Shown here piece after piece: positions 42,725-56,849 of a stretch of 64,000 nt of DNA. Under the pieces are notes generated by a model. It had not been told where the DNA came from and searched no databases. It saw only the letters and a list, made by a program, of their open reading frames with translations. How positions within the stretch are numbered: the first letter of the stretch is position 1; every line of letters starts with the position of its first letter. The stretch lies in contig NC_042997.1 of NCBI RefSeq assembly GCF_006345805.1, positions 103,540,001 to 103,604,000 on the forward strand, in the 5' to 3' direction. The DNA is from Octopus sinensis (Eukaryota). Both the position numbers and the translations under genes were made by a program.

Positions 42725-43000
42725 TAGTGTAGTGGCTTATGTGCATCGTTGACCCTGACAGTTATACCAGTGGAGTGCAAGACAGGTGAAATGCTAGAGG
42801 CCCGACTAAAGTGGATCACCTTCTCCCAGTAGGTTTGCGTAGGGGCAACAGCTCTACATAGAAAAAGCTAAGTTGCAGAAGCATCGATGACAACTCAGAA
42901 CCAACGAAACCCAAGAAAGGACAGCCTAGATTCAAAAACAGTGGAGAAAAGTCGTCGATGGCCTAAACTCAATAGGGAGCGACCTGCTTAAGTAAGTAAA
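42725..43000 (+). mobile_element. RTE-derived short element (3' tail, possibly bipartite)
   Basis: ..QWRKVVDGL.. followed by a cttaagtaagtaa tail, resembling RTE 3' ends. Confidence 0.5.
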
Positions 43001-44884
43001 TACATTTATGTTATACAAGCCTGCTTTGTAAATAGAAAGTATGAAGCTCTCGGCAATGTCCTGTTCTTGTTTCTTTTGTTTCAATATCATGAATTCTAGA
43101 ACGTCCGAATACGGATGCAACTGCTTAAATATGAATTTCGAACCCAACACTGAAAATCAAGTTTGTGTGTAAAACGGTGTTATTAGGACTAAATCTTTTA
43201 ACTGTTCGTCATTTGGTTCTTAATTTCTACCAGATAGACTAAAGCTTGATAATTTCTATGTTGTATCCAGCAAATATACTTTATTTTCTATGGAAAATAG
43301 GAGCCAAAGAGGAAGCTTTTGCAAAGTCGCAACCAAATGACTCTCAAGTCACACTCTACTGTCTTGAAAAAAGAAGAAAAATGAATAAAGAAGGTAGCAT
43401 TCGTTAGATAATAAAGTCCTAGATATATGATGATGTCTGAATAACAGACGAGATGTTTACGGATAGATGTATTTGATCATAGGCCTACTGGATAAATATT
43501 CACCTCGGACTAAACATTTCTTTTACCGTTGGGAATAACCATTCTCACAAAGCTGCAAGTCTTATTTTCATCTTACGATTCAACCAGTTATCAATTACTG
43601 TTTGTAGGTTAAATTAATTTGATTTAAATATTCATTGGCTTTTTAAATGTGAATGTTGCAATAGATGTAAGTGTTCGGTACGTCTATATATGTGGATGTC
43701 TCATGTTTCGTATGGAGCGCAAATCCAATCCTATAAACGCTTCTTATACGATTTAAATTTTATTTTCGCATACATATTGTAATGAATTTGAAATACCAGA
43801 TTAATAATATACAATATGCATGTTGTTAGTATTACTTAACTTCAGGTCAGCCCTCATCGAGCAGAACTATGTACAAAACCTTTCTAGCATTTTCTAAGGT
43901 GTCCTTTACTTTTTATTTCAATTGCTGGCCAAAATTTGAAATTAATATAGTAGAATGTGATTAGAGGAAAATTTAGCAGCTATTTTTAGCAGGTGGATCG
44001 ACAAATTTCGATGGCAGTATTGGAAAAACTCTTACACCCAGATAAAATTTTATTCACCGGCGAGATTTGGTCTGGATTCAAATTTGAAGCTATTTGCGGA
44101 TGAAATCTACAAAAAGCATGGCTGAAACCTTAAGACCAAAACAGTAATTCGATATAAGCTGTATTTTTATAAATTTGCAAAATTAAAGATTCATTATGTT
44201 TTCTAAACATGTAGGATACACCACTGCATGTTCTTTTACATATTTGCTATTTGTCCCCGGAAATAAATGATTCCTTTCTCTGGTTTCGCAGTAGGTGTCA
44301 ATCGGAAAATAGGCAGAGGTCGAAGATATATATATTTTGACTTGCAGAACAAGATCAAGGACAAGAACAACTACAAAATCAATTACAACAGCAACTTTGT
44401 CAGAATATTGCCAAATCCTTAAATCATTAATGAAGCATATATTCTAATTATTACTTTAAGTATAAATGAGACTGAAACTATTCTTCTTGTTATCTCTCTC
44501 CACATTCCACAAACAATAAAAATCCTATGTTCCGTTTCCGCCAAGTCGTTCACCTACAGTTGGCCACTGTCCCCTCTTCCAGACCTAGTAAGTAAAAAAA
44601 AAAAAAAAACATCCCCCCCACCCAAAGCTAGGAGCTCTGAATGAACACATTGATATATAATGGTGTTTTTTTTTTGTTTAGCCTATAGACCAGCACTTTT
44701 AAGAAACTACTTATCGTGTAAAGCATTCCAGCCATAGTGTTTCCATTTTTTTCAGACATTATTCAATGTGTCCTTTCTATTAAACTGTAGGGTGTTATTT
44801 AGGGGAAACTGATCAACTATTTCTATCAGAGCGAGTGATCTGGCGAAAGCTCCTTCGATGGCTTGCTAATATTTCTTCTCACGA

Positions 44885-45320
44885 AGGCAGCGAGCTGGCA
44901 GAATCGTTAGCACACTCGGCAAGAATTTCGTCCATCTTTACGCATTGAGTTCAAAAGCCGTCGAGGTCGTCTTTGTTTTTCTTCCTTTCAGGATCGATAA
45001 AATAGGTACCAATTGAGCACTGGGGTCTATCTAATCGACTTTTCCCCCTTCCAAAATTGCTGGCCTTTTGGCAATATGTGAAACCAATATATTTTTTCTC
45101 ATGAAGGTGGCGAACTGGCAGAATCGTTTGCACACCGGGCAAAATACTTAGCGGTACTTTGTTCGTCTCTACGTCTTGAGTTCAAATTCTACCGAGGTCG
45201 ACTTTGTCTTTCATGCTTTTGGGGGCGATAAAATAAATTCCAGTGGAGCACTGGGGTCGATGTAATTGACTTAGCCCTTTTCCCCAAGCTGCTGGCCTTG
45301 TGTCAAAAAGTGGAAACCAA
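44885..45320 (+). mobile_element. Two tandem SINE B copies
   Basis: B heads at about 44886 and 45105. Confidence 0.8.
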
Positions 45321-45897
45321 CATACCTCACGAAACAGCAACATACCTCCCAGTTTTTACATCATTGTAGACCATTTTAGCTATTTGACCGTCCTTTTACA
45401 TGCTAAACAGCTTTAGCTAAAAGAGAAAAACAACCATCCATAGATTCGGTCAGAGACAGACCACAAATGATTCTCAGCAAAATCATAACCACCCTCCACA
45501 AAAAAAAAACAAAGATTCAAAATAGAGTGGAAAAAAAAAACTAAATAAACTAACCAGCCAACCAACCAACCAACCAAACAAAAAAACAAATGTTCTTCTA
45601 GTTAGAACAATCCGTTGATCAGATGTGACTATGAAATGACTTAGCGCTGTTTAAGAAGCCCTCTTTACACAATAAACCAGATTGCCAAACTAAATCACCC
45701 TCTGATACACTCAGCAAAATACTAAATACAAAAGGAATGTGTTCCACATGTTCAGTATAAACAATGGTGCCGTTGTAAGGCCACCCGGCTGTCACTTTTT
45801 AATTGCTCTATATATACATAGACACATAAATATATAAATACATAAATACACAAACTTTCTGTGTCTCTGTTCTTCTCTCTGTCTCACAGTTACGTTC

Positions 45898-45974
<77 letters not shown>

Positions 45975-46509
45975 CAAACATATATACATATATGTGAGTG
46001 TGTATGTTTTTGTGCTTGTGTGTATGTGCGTGTATATATGTTTACATGTGTAGATGTATTTGTAAAGTTTGTGTAGGTGTATGCATGAGTTTGTGTAGTG
46101 TGTGTGTATACATATATTCACCTACATATATGGAACTATGCAATAGTCATACAAAGCGCACGTATGTATATACATATATATGTATATACGTGTGCATGCG
46201 CACGTAGTGTCATATACATGTGCGCTTATTTGTATGTATGTGGGTCTCTATCTATCTATCTATCTATCTATCTGTTTGACTGTCTCCGCGTGTGCGTGTA
46301 TATATTTGTATGTGTATATATTTTGTGTGCTTATGCGTGCATTTGTCAGTAGTGTTTACGTGTATGCACACCTGCATTAGCCTGTCTTAGAAGTAAATGG
46401 GAAGTTGTAGAACTGGTAGAAAATTCAAACTACACATAAGGACATACTCCTCGTTCTCCTCCACCTCCACCTCCTCTTCGCGGTCCTCGACATCGTTATT
46501 ATTAAGAAC

Positions 46510-47790
46510 CACATTCCGCTGAGGTCGACTTTGCCTTTCATTCTTTCGGGGTCGATGAAATAAAATACCAGCTGAGCCCTGGGGATCAATGTAATCGACT
46601 AGCCCCCAAATTTCAGGCCTTGTGTCTATAATAGAAAGGGTTATTAGGAATCACAATACAATCACCATAATATGATTTTAGTTGGGAAGATATCATTAAT
46701 AGAATTGACATTAGCATATCGTTGACACCCATTTCATTTTTTTTCTTCTTCATTTTTTCGGAAGTGAAACAATAAAAGACAACGTATTTAAGATATTTAC
46801 CTATATTCTGTAATGCATTTAGTGCAGCATTTGAACGATAAATTGGTGCATTCGAACAATATAATAACTTGCGGTATCTAATCTACTCGAGTTGCCCAAA
46901 GAGTTCTTGCCACTCTTGCCATAACATATGCATTAAACTAGTAGTTGGCCTGTCCGAGATCTGTATGCAATGATAGTAGTGTTCACAAAAAGCTTGATTA
47001 AAGAGAATTAAACAGATGAAATGTTGGCCTAGTCTGATACAGCAGGAACTCTAAATAATGGTTTCAAATTTTGGCACAAGACCAGCAATTTTGGAGGATG
47101 GGGGAAGACGATTACATCAGCAACAGTGTTTAACTTGTACATTTTTTATCGACTCCCAAAGTATGAAAAGCAAAGTCAATCGCGGCGGAATTTGAACTCA
47201 GACCGTAAAAACGGGCAAAATGCCGCCAAACATTTTGCTTTTCAACCTTCTAGGATCAGTACATGTGATAGCAATCAATTATTGGATTGATACAATCAGC
47301 TATAGCCCCTCTCCAAATGTATGTCTTTGTGTTCATGTACCTATGTTAATAATTATTATTAGATCATACATTAGGCGATGAGCTGGCAGAATTGTTGGCA
47401 CACCAGACAAGATGTTATGCAGTATTTCTTCGGGCTTATGTACCGAGTTCAAATGGCACCGAAATCGACTTTGCTTTTCATCCTTTCAGAGTCGATAAAA
47501 TAAGTACCAGTTGAGCACGGGGTCGAGGAAATCGACTAGCCCACTTCGCACCAAAATTTCAGGCCTTGTGCCTAAAATAGAAAAAATATTAAATCATATA
47601 TTTGTGCAATAAATGAACAGAATCGTTAAACTGCGAGGCAAAATATCTTGCAGTATTTCTGCGGGTCCCTTATGTTTGCAGCTCAAATCCCATTTAGGCC
47701 ACCTTTCCTCTTCATTTCTCACTGGTACCGGTGGTATCGACTTTCTACTCCCTTTTAAAATTGCTCACTTGTGCTTAAATCAGGAACAAT
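46510..47790. mobile_element. Cluster of diverged SINE B fragments (46510-46640 +, 47060-47240 -, 47373-47585 +, 47610-47790 +)
   Basis: gtcgactttgcctttcat / cggggtcgat core motifs. Confidence 0.7.
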
Positions 47791-48220
47791 TATTTCATCA
47801 TGTAATATGGTGAGTCTGTCAAACAGACATGTTAAAATATGATATGAATCTCGCTGTTCATTGCACTCTTATCTCCTGATGGAGTTTTAGGGATACTGTC
47901 GACAGAGGCAATTCTGGAAGGGTGGCCTTCTGACTAGAATAACTAGTCAGTGTTGGGCAAAGGGCGAAACGGACTCAGTGTAGATGACAGGAAACAGAAG
48001 ATTAGTGAATCGGGTGAGCTTCATTAGAGATAGAAGCTTACCCGATTCCAGTTGCGAGGATCCGAACAAAAGGCTTAAAGTGCATTTGATCGCTTGTTGC
48101 GTGGTTATGGTGGCTGAGAATTGTTAGGTAGTTTAAATAGGGAAAGTATGATATGTCTGCCTTTCAGAAGATTAATTGTTAAAGTTTGGTTCTTTAAACG
48201 AAAATTAAATCAGAAATTAT

Positions 48221-48934
48221 GGACCTTTTCTGTTTGCCTGCACCTGTGGAAATTTTAAATTTTGGTGAAAATTTTAAAATTTGATGTGTTGATGTAATTT
48301 TTCATGCTGAATCTCAGGAGATAATTCACTTTTTCCAGAATTAAAGAGAAAAAAAGTTACAAAGTATTAAATTTTGATCATTTTTACCCAGTCAGAAAAC
48401 AGAATTTGGAAGCTGACATTTTGTTCGTGACTGAAAGTGTTATCAACTGTAAACATGAACTATTGGCGGGAATCTACTTTACGCACGCCATATAACTCAT
48501 CATAACTTTTTTTTATTTTTTGGAATTTTTAGAAACTTTTTGCGAATTTATATTCTACACATGAGAATTTATACGATTTTGCCAAAAAATTTTGATGCGT
48601 GATGTAAGGCCTATTTAGCTATAATTTTTAGCACATCTTACGTCCAACCTCATGTATTTTAATCTTTTAATAAGCGAAAAAGGACCACGTAGGCAAGCAG
48701 ATTGGTAATAGCTTGGCTTGTAACCATGAAAACAAGTATATGTCTGTGGCATTCGATTGGCTAAAATTATCAAAAATTTGCAAACTTTAAAAGCTATTAA
48801 CTCTTTCTTGATTTATTGTGAAAATGAATTTCAAGTCAATGGTTACCATACAAAACTACACCTATACACCAAATATGAAATCAATAGGAACAAAAATTTA
48901 AGAAATTAACCAGTGGCGGCTAAACAAAAGATCT
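48221..48934. mobile_element. Diverged MITE with TIRs related to those of 40811-41202
   Basis: ggaccttttctgttt / aaacaaaagatct; TSD gaaattat / ggaattat. Confidence 0.6.
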
Positions 48935-48989
48935 GGAATTATCTCCAAACAATAATGTGTATTCGACTGCTCAAAATAATCCTTTCTAT

Positions 48990-49607
48990 TATATGTACGA
49001 GGCCTGAAATTTTGGGGAAGGAGGCTAGTCTATTACCTCGATTCCAGTGCTCGACTTGTACTTACTTTATCGACTTCGAAAGGATGAAAGGTAAAGTCAA
49101 CCTCTGCAGAATTTGAACTCAGATCGTAAAGCCGAAAGAAATGCCGCTAAGTATATAGTCAGAGGCTTAAATGATTCAATCAGCTCGTCGTCTTTCGACT
49201 GCCTAAAAGAATAATAATTAGTTGTGGTCAGACCTGGAGTGGGATACCTTTGCCAGGAACAACATAAGTGCTGGAGTAATTAGATTAATTTTCCTTAATT
49301 TCGTAGTTAGTAATGATATTCAATTCTTTCCAATGTTGAGATATACATTCCTGGCCATGAAGCGGTCCTGTTTGGAGTTAACACCTCTCCCTCAAGATCT
49401 CTACTGTAGTGTTTGGTCCATGAGATTTCCTATTATTTTTATCTTTTGAAGACAGCAATAAGTTCAGAAGTTTGTAGTTGGCTCATGAAATTTTTGGAAG
49501 ACCTGCATTGCAAAAAGTTCGATCATTTCTGCCAGATCGATTGGTTTATGTTTGTCTGGGTGGTAGGTACACACACATACACAAACACACACACACACAC
49601 AACATTC

Positions 49608-49646
<39 letters not shown>

Positions 49647-49910
49647 TATGGAAAGAGAGAGAGAGAGTAAAATACATTTTGTGAGTGAAGTTATTAAAGA
49701 AATCATAAAATTCTATAGAATTTTGGCATAAGACCAGCGATTTTAGGGGGCGGCGGTTAATCAATTATGTCAACTCCAGTACTCAACTGGCGCAACATAT
49801 TAACGACCTCGAAAGAATGGAAGTCAAAATCGATCTTAGCGGAATTTGAACGCAGAGAATCGGAAGAAATGACGCTAAGCGTTTTATCCGACGTGCTAAT
49901 GATTCTGCCA
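48990..49910 (-). mobile_element. SINE B copies (48990-49190, 49720-49910) flanking a decayed LINE RT fragment (49230-49560)
   Basis: B core motifs; minus-strand NRKSHGPN resembles the KSPGPD motif. Confidence 0.55.
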
Positions 49911-51629
49911 GTCGTAGTCTTAAGTTATGAAATAATAGATAAATGGAAAAATGCCAAAAATAAAAAAAAGACAAAAAAAATCTTGTCAAAATTAAACAAT
50001 GTAGCGAATGGAACTTTTATTTACCATTCTAGAAGTATGATTACTTTTAATTGGTGAAAATTTCTTACCCAGTTCTGAATTACGGATTGCAGGTTCAATT
50101 CTCTAGGCGCCGCTCTGATATCTACAGAATACATTCCACACCCAAAACCTGGAATTTTACCAGAGATGCTTTTGTTTAACTTCAAATATATTTCACATCA
50201 TATTGTTACTAGTAATGATGTGGTTGTTATTGTTATTGTTGTTGTAAGCTCTTTGCAGCTGTTTGTCGTTGCTTTTTTCTTTTATTATATCATTAATGGT
50301 GTTGTCGTTGCTATTTCTGTTTGCAATTGCTACCGTTATTCAACTGATTATATTTGCTTAAATTGTATTTCTTTGTTTAACAGTAAATGTCTCTAATATT
50401 GTTTTAAATGCAAATATCTGTATTTTATTCACAAGAATTGTTTTGTTTCCATTTTCTCTCTCATCTCTTTTTTTCTCTCTCTCTCCTCCACTCTCTCTCC
50501 CCACTTCTCTCTCATATCTCCTTTTGGGTAAATTTCATTTTAAAATGTCAATTCTCTTTTCGTAAATTTCTTACCTAAAATGTCCACTGGGGTTCATTTG
50601 ATATGTACTCGGAACATAGAAGACGAAAATTTCCAATCCGCTCCGGGTATTTTCTGAACTGTAGTAATTTACTCTCAGTATCCATCTTCCGTTGCCTTGT
50701 TTCTAGTATCAAGAGACTTTAGATAGCAGTTAGGTTATCCCTATATTAATTTACTAGCTGTGTCACATCGAAACTTCTTTCCCTGGGTATTTTTGATTAT
50801 ATATATGTTTCTTTGTTATTGCAGTTAAATGCTTTACTTATATTATTGCTGTTTCAGTTGTTTATGTTGTTATAGTTGAAATTAATATTTATATTTGTTA
50901 AAGATTGTTTTGCTTTAATATATATTCTCTATTTATTATTCAATCTATATCTATCCAATGCGTTATCTCAACATCTCTCTCTCTCCCTTCTATTCTTTCA
51001 TTCACTATATATATATATATATTATATATATATATATATTTCGAAGAATGTAAACAAACATATGTTTGCATTAGAAGCGCTGAAATGTGTATTGTGAGAT
51101 ACAAATATATAAGAACTGGGTAAAATATACATATATATATAAGTATATGTATTTATATGCATGCATGCATGTATGTATGTATGCATGCATGTATGTATGT
51201 ATGTATGTATGTATGTATGTATGTATGTATGTATGTATGTATGTATGTATTCATGGGCATATGTATGTATATATATATATATTAGCCATACATACACCTA
51301 TGCACACGCATAGACACATTTACACACACACATGGACACACACACATACGCACATATACACAAGCACAAGCATATGCACTTACGTGTTTGAATGTGTTCT
51401 TTTTTCCACGTTTTTCTCAATGATTGATTCGTTTTACATAACAAAGCAATTTCTGCTTTCAAAGAGAAACCGAATGTATGTGTGTGAGTGTGTGTAAGAG
51501 GGAGAGAAAGAGAAAGAGAGGATGAAAGAGAGAGAAAGAGAGACAAATGAAACATTACCGCAATTTACCTGGAGACAAATAACCAAACTAGAAAAAGGTG
51601 ACAATATTTCGAACACACACACACACACA

Positions 51630-51680
<51 letters not shown>

Positions 51681-51828
51681 GTAGAGATACTTATGTACAT
51701 TCCCTTGTACATCAATGCTGCTTATTATGCTGGAGGTAGAGATTCTTGGAAGACTATGAAATCGTTGTGATCTACGCTCGACAGCTGACGAAACTCCCTC
51801 AGTGCAAACTCTATGTAAAACAGAGTAT

Positions 51829-51861
<33 letters not shown>

Positions 51862-52147
51862 CATACATATATATAGGCATATGCATGCATATATACATAC
51901 ACACACCCAGGCAGGCAGACAGACAGACAGACAGACACACACACACATATCTAGAGAGAATTAACAACAAAAAAACAACAAAAGACGAAGTCAGGTGGTG
52001 TGGACAACAAACAGATGTATTAGTTTAACGCTCCGGAAGTGAAAAAGTCTTTAACGTTTCGAGCCTACGCTCTTCCACAGAAAGGATCACAGAAAGAAAC
52101 AGGGAGAGAAAATAAAGAATGTGTAGTGGCTTGCGATCTATCAAGGA

Positions 52148-53320
52148 GCAGGTCATCCCATAAGTTCTGTCCGAATTTTGAATAAAGAAAACAAGTGATC
52201 AAATGTTATATTTAATTGAAATGTAATCATCAATGTACTTTCCCTGATTATCTATGACTTCCTTCCATCTATTTACAAGCTTTTTAATCCCACCAATGTA
52301 AAACTCTTTTGGTTTCAAAGTGAAGAACTCTGAAATGCTTGTTTCTCTCAACCAAGCTCTTCGATCTTCTGTGATGTGATCTTTGCAATGTGGGGTCGTG
52401 CATTGTCTGGTGAAACATTACTCCTTTTCAGTTCACTAAGGCGGGTCTTTTTTCTTTAAAGCTTGGTTCAAACGCTCTAATTGCTGACAGTAGACTTGAG
52501 CATTGATTGTTGCATTAGGTGGTAACAATTTAAAGTGAATTACTCCTTTGCAATCCCACCAGATAGAGAGAAGAACCTTTTTCCCATGAAGTTCCCTTCT
52601 CGGTTGTGGTTGAGCTTTTCTCCTTTTACCAAGCCACTGTTTATGACGTTTAACATTTCGATAGAAGATCCATTTTTCGTCTCCGGTCACATGTCTATCC
52701 AAAAAGGGTGAAATGAGTTCGCGAAAATGGAGAGAACAGATGTCAACTCGGGATTTGCGGTTGCTTTCGGACAATTCATGAGGCACCCATTTTTCAAGTT
52801 TAGGAACCTTTCCAAGTTGTTAAAGATTGCGATGAACAGTTGTATGGTTTGAACTAAGCTTTATTGACAATTCTTCAACTGATAATGCAGGCTTTTCTTC
52901 AAGTAATGCCACAAGGAGCTTATCCTCAAACTCAATTGGACGTCCTGTTCGATCTTCATATTCAAGGCTGAAATCTCCACTTCTGAATTTTGCAAACCAT
53001 CTTCTGCAAGTTCCTTCATTCAAGCATTCTTTCCCATAAACTGAGTGTATGTTTCGAGTCGCTTCGGCTACAGAGTTTCCTTTTTTTGTACTCATAAAGC
53101 ATTATGTGCCTCAAATGCTCTTTGGATACTTCCATGTTAGAAAGGGTTTTAATGAATGAAATTTTAATTCTATTATTCTGTAAAATAATACTTAATTAAT
53201 TTAAATGTACACAAATGCATAAAAATAATTTTTAAATTCCATTAGACATTCTAAAATACTATTAAATTTCATTCAATTTAAAAAAAGGTAAAATCAGACA
53301 GAGCTTATGGGATGATCTGA
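52148..53320 (-). mobile_element. Mariner transposon with both TIRs; defective
   Basis: TIRs caggtcatcccataagttctgtccga / tcagacagagcttatgggatgatctga-TA; MEVSKEHLRH.., WVPHEL, TGDEKW, SIWWD; third-D region deleted. Confidence 0.9.
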
Positions 53321-54442
53321 TATATACAGGAGGAATTACAACCGTGTTTCGTGGTCTGCTACCACAACAGCTCCTTTATAGGATCCAGTTAGCTCAAGAC
53401 ATCATCAGGAGGAACCACGTCCGGTTTCGGCCCCTACTCCTATACCGTTTTCACGTGGCGAGGCCCCCCTTTCGGAGGTGTCATCAGCTCTGGTGTTGGG
53501 TGCATGTCTTCTTTCTTCTTCTTTCTTCTGTTCCCTGGCCACTTCCATGTATCGTCAGCGAGTGTCAGCCGGTGACTGACTGTCTTGTCAAATTTCTCTC
53601 TTTAAATACCTGCCGCATAGGCTCCAGCAGGCAGCCCCAGCAAGTTGTCACGTGACACTCTCACCTTAACTGACTAGTGAAGGCGCGTAGTTTTAGCCCG
53701 CGCTTTTTCTAAACGACCGTCACCTGTCAGCAGGCAGCCCCAGCAAGTTATATATACGTATATCTTTGATTACTTGAATTACATACATACATATATACAT
53801 ACATACATCTCTTATATTATTTATTTATTTATTTATGATTTGGCTGTATATGTGGCTATGTATGTGTGTATGTGTGTGGGTGTATGTGTGTGTGTATACA
53901 TATAACTATGTATGTATGTGCGCACGATCTGTGGATGTGCGTGTGCGTATGTGCGTTTCTTGGCTAACTAACCGTAAAATTTCCATTGTGATTCAAATTT
54001 AAAACTATAAGCCAATCGAATCTATCTAGGAAAATCAATATCAAGCGGACAGATGAATTCGACTTATTGAGTATATATGTGGATGTCCGCTTGCTTTACA
54101 TGGTACAATCATGGTTGTTATTATTATTATTATTATTATTAATATTAATATTAATTTTATTGACTTTTTGTGTGGTTATACATTTTAATGAACTGGACTG
54201 TTAAATATATATGTCTGCTTTAAATTTAAATGTGAGTGTACATGTATTTCCTTGATGTTGGTTATAGAACTATGAGTTCAATATGGAAAATAATTGTGTT
54301 TGTTAATGTATACTGATATATTTTGTTTATATTGTATTAATGTGTATATATATATGTGTAGAATTATGAGTGTCTATGCACACATTTTTATTTTTTATTA
54401 TTTTTATATTTATATGTAAATTTTTTTCATACTTACATTAAA

Positions 54443-54555
54443 TTCTCTGAAGAGGCCGTGAGACATTCTTGTTAATGTCTCATTTATACCTGCTTTATAT
54501 GGCTAATAGGTTAAATGGGACATACCTGTCTTCACGGCCGAAACAGCTGTCAGCT
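54443..54555 (+). ncRNA. Type I hammerhead ribozyme with branched stem II of about 86 nt
   Basis: CTGAAGA(54447)-ggccgtga...tcacggcc-GAAA-cagctg-TC; palindromic stem III acagctgt; stem I weak. Confidence 0.8.
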
Positions 54556-54713
54556 ACGATGTAATTGTATTTTCTATTTCTATTTCTATGTCTAGTTATA
54601 TTTGCAATATATTATGTATAATGTCATTGCTGTTATGTAATGGTTTAATAAAGTATTGATTGGGTATTATCTGATGGTTGATGATTGATTTTGGTATGTT
54701 TCTCCATTTTCTC

Positions 54714-54803
<90 letters not shown>

Positions 54804-54846
54804 GTGTGTGTATGTATGTATGTATGTATGTATGTATGTATGTATG

Positions 54847-54880
<34 letters not shown>

Positions 54881-55149
54881 CCTATCTATCTATCTATCTA
54901 TATATATATATATAATATATATATATATAATATATATATATATATACATTTTGCAAAAAACTGGCACATGCAAGTGCTGCCAGTCGAAAGCTCCGCATAC
55001 CGGAAGCCAGCAAATGGATGGGGTCATCAGGAAAGAATACACGTCATTTCAGGGTGCGATGGGTAAATTGTTGCTATTTTATATTTTTTATTTTCGCGGA
55101 TGCGTATTGTTTGTTTTTGATTTTGTCGACATACACAGTATAGTAGGGT

Positions 55150-55880
55150 CAGTTGGGCACCGTTTGGGAGAAAAACCACACCATGATGCAATTCACTCTG
55201 CCAGAAATTTGAAAACGACATGCTGTACCGCTTGGCATCGCGCCAGAAGTTCCAATACGCACATTTCAGAGTGTTTGGGTGTCAATCTGAGGACAGTGCA
55301 ATCTGAGGACATGTACCGAGAGTGATAAAAATCAAACATCCAGTGAACATCATGGTATTAGGAATTATCACTAGTGATGGCTAAGTTATGCTTCCATTCA
55401 TCTTCCCACACAGCCTCAGACTCAACACGGTGGCGTACATTAAGTGCCTGGAGGAGGTAGTGCTGCCCTGGGTGAAGAGGGTGGAAGACCCTATGTCTGA
55501 CAACAGGACTCTGCACCATGCCACACAAGCAGGAGAACCCAGTCATAGCTGTCAGGCAAGTTCTGCGACTACATCACCCCAAACATCTGACCACCTAACT
55601 CCCCATCCTGCAAACTCCTTGATTATTATGTGTGGGGTACAGTTGAGCGAGAGACCAACAAAACTCCTTATAACACCAATGATGAACTGAAGGCAAGGAT
55701 TATGGCAGCATTCACCAACTTAAACAAGGAGACCACCCAGAAGAGTTGCAGGAGTTTCAGAAGTCGTCTGGAGGCCGTGACTGGAGCCAATGGTGATTTT
55801 GTTGAATATATTTACTCCTTAGTGTTTCAAGATATTTTAATGTAATTTTGGTAAATATATCTGTTAAAATGAGATATCGA
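55150..55880 (+). mobile_element. maT/DD37D-like Tc1-mariner remnant
   Basis: QQDSAPCHT; *PPNSP..LDYYVWGTVERETN motif. Confidence 0.7.
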
Positions 55881-56030
55881 CGATGAATTGTGTCAAGGAT
55901 GGAAGGGGCAAGAGTGTGTCTGTTTGTTCATAACTGTATGGACACTTTTAACAATTATCGAAAGTACGGTACATGAAGTATGTTACGATGTCATACGCGC
56001 TTGCGGCTATGAAAGTTGTGTGTGTGCGTG

Positions 56031-56062
<32 letters not shown>

Positions 56063-56116
56063 TGTATGTATGTATGTATGTATGTATGTATTTATGTATG
56101 TATGTATGTATGTATG

Positions 56117-56795
56117 TCACTCTCTTCTATTTTTTAAGCATTATAAATCTTCCACTGAGGAGTGAGCCGGTTTCGAACAAAGATATAAGGCCCCATCTTT
56201 GGGATGTAGTTAACACAGGCAAATTCACATTTGGAACTTGAAACAAGTCTTGCATATTTTTACTGTCCCATTCACAGATTGCACTTGTAATATACGAATT
56301 AGCCGGTTGATTTCTCTTTCTGAAAATCCTAGTTTATCCGAATTCTCCTTTAAGCATTTACTAATAAAACCCAGTGCTCCAGTTATTATTGGTATGAATA
56401 TGAATTCAATCTGGATATAGAAACTGGAAGTTTCGAAGCAGTTGTCCATAGACATCTTCTTTTTCTTTGAGTTTCAAAGACATATTTATATCTGGAGCTG
56501 ACCTCTATGATGGTACATACCTTTGCACCTCTGTCCCAAACAACAATATCTGGCCTGTTATGTTTACATTTGACAGAAGTTTTGATGGGAATATTCCACC
56601 AGTATTCCTTGAGGGATTTTCAAAGTTTATTTCAGGACAGTCGTTTTTGCGGATGGCATTTTAAACTGTTTTAGTAACAACGTCGTGCCGCATAGGGAGG
56701 TAATACCGTGACATTTTATGACAGCTGCTAATCAAATGCGTGATGTCTTCCACAGAAACATGACATAGCCTACACATGCTGTTGCACCTTGGGGT
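56117..56795 (-). mobile_element. 3' remnant of a second RLE-type (R4-like) LINE
   Basis: CRLCHVSVEDITHLISSC, RHD, RPDIVVWD, IPIITGALG; flanked by (TATG)n on both sides. Confidence 0.8.
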
Positions 56796-56815
56796 TATGT
56801 ATGTATGTATGTATG

Positions 56816-56849
<34 letters not shown>

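Noticed and set aside
44335-44430. Possible Gln-rich exon after ttgacttgcag
   Set aside because: No donor site, homology or neighbouring exons to support it
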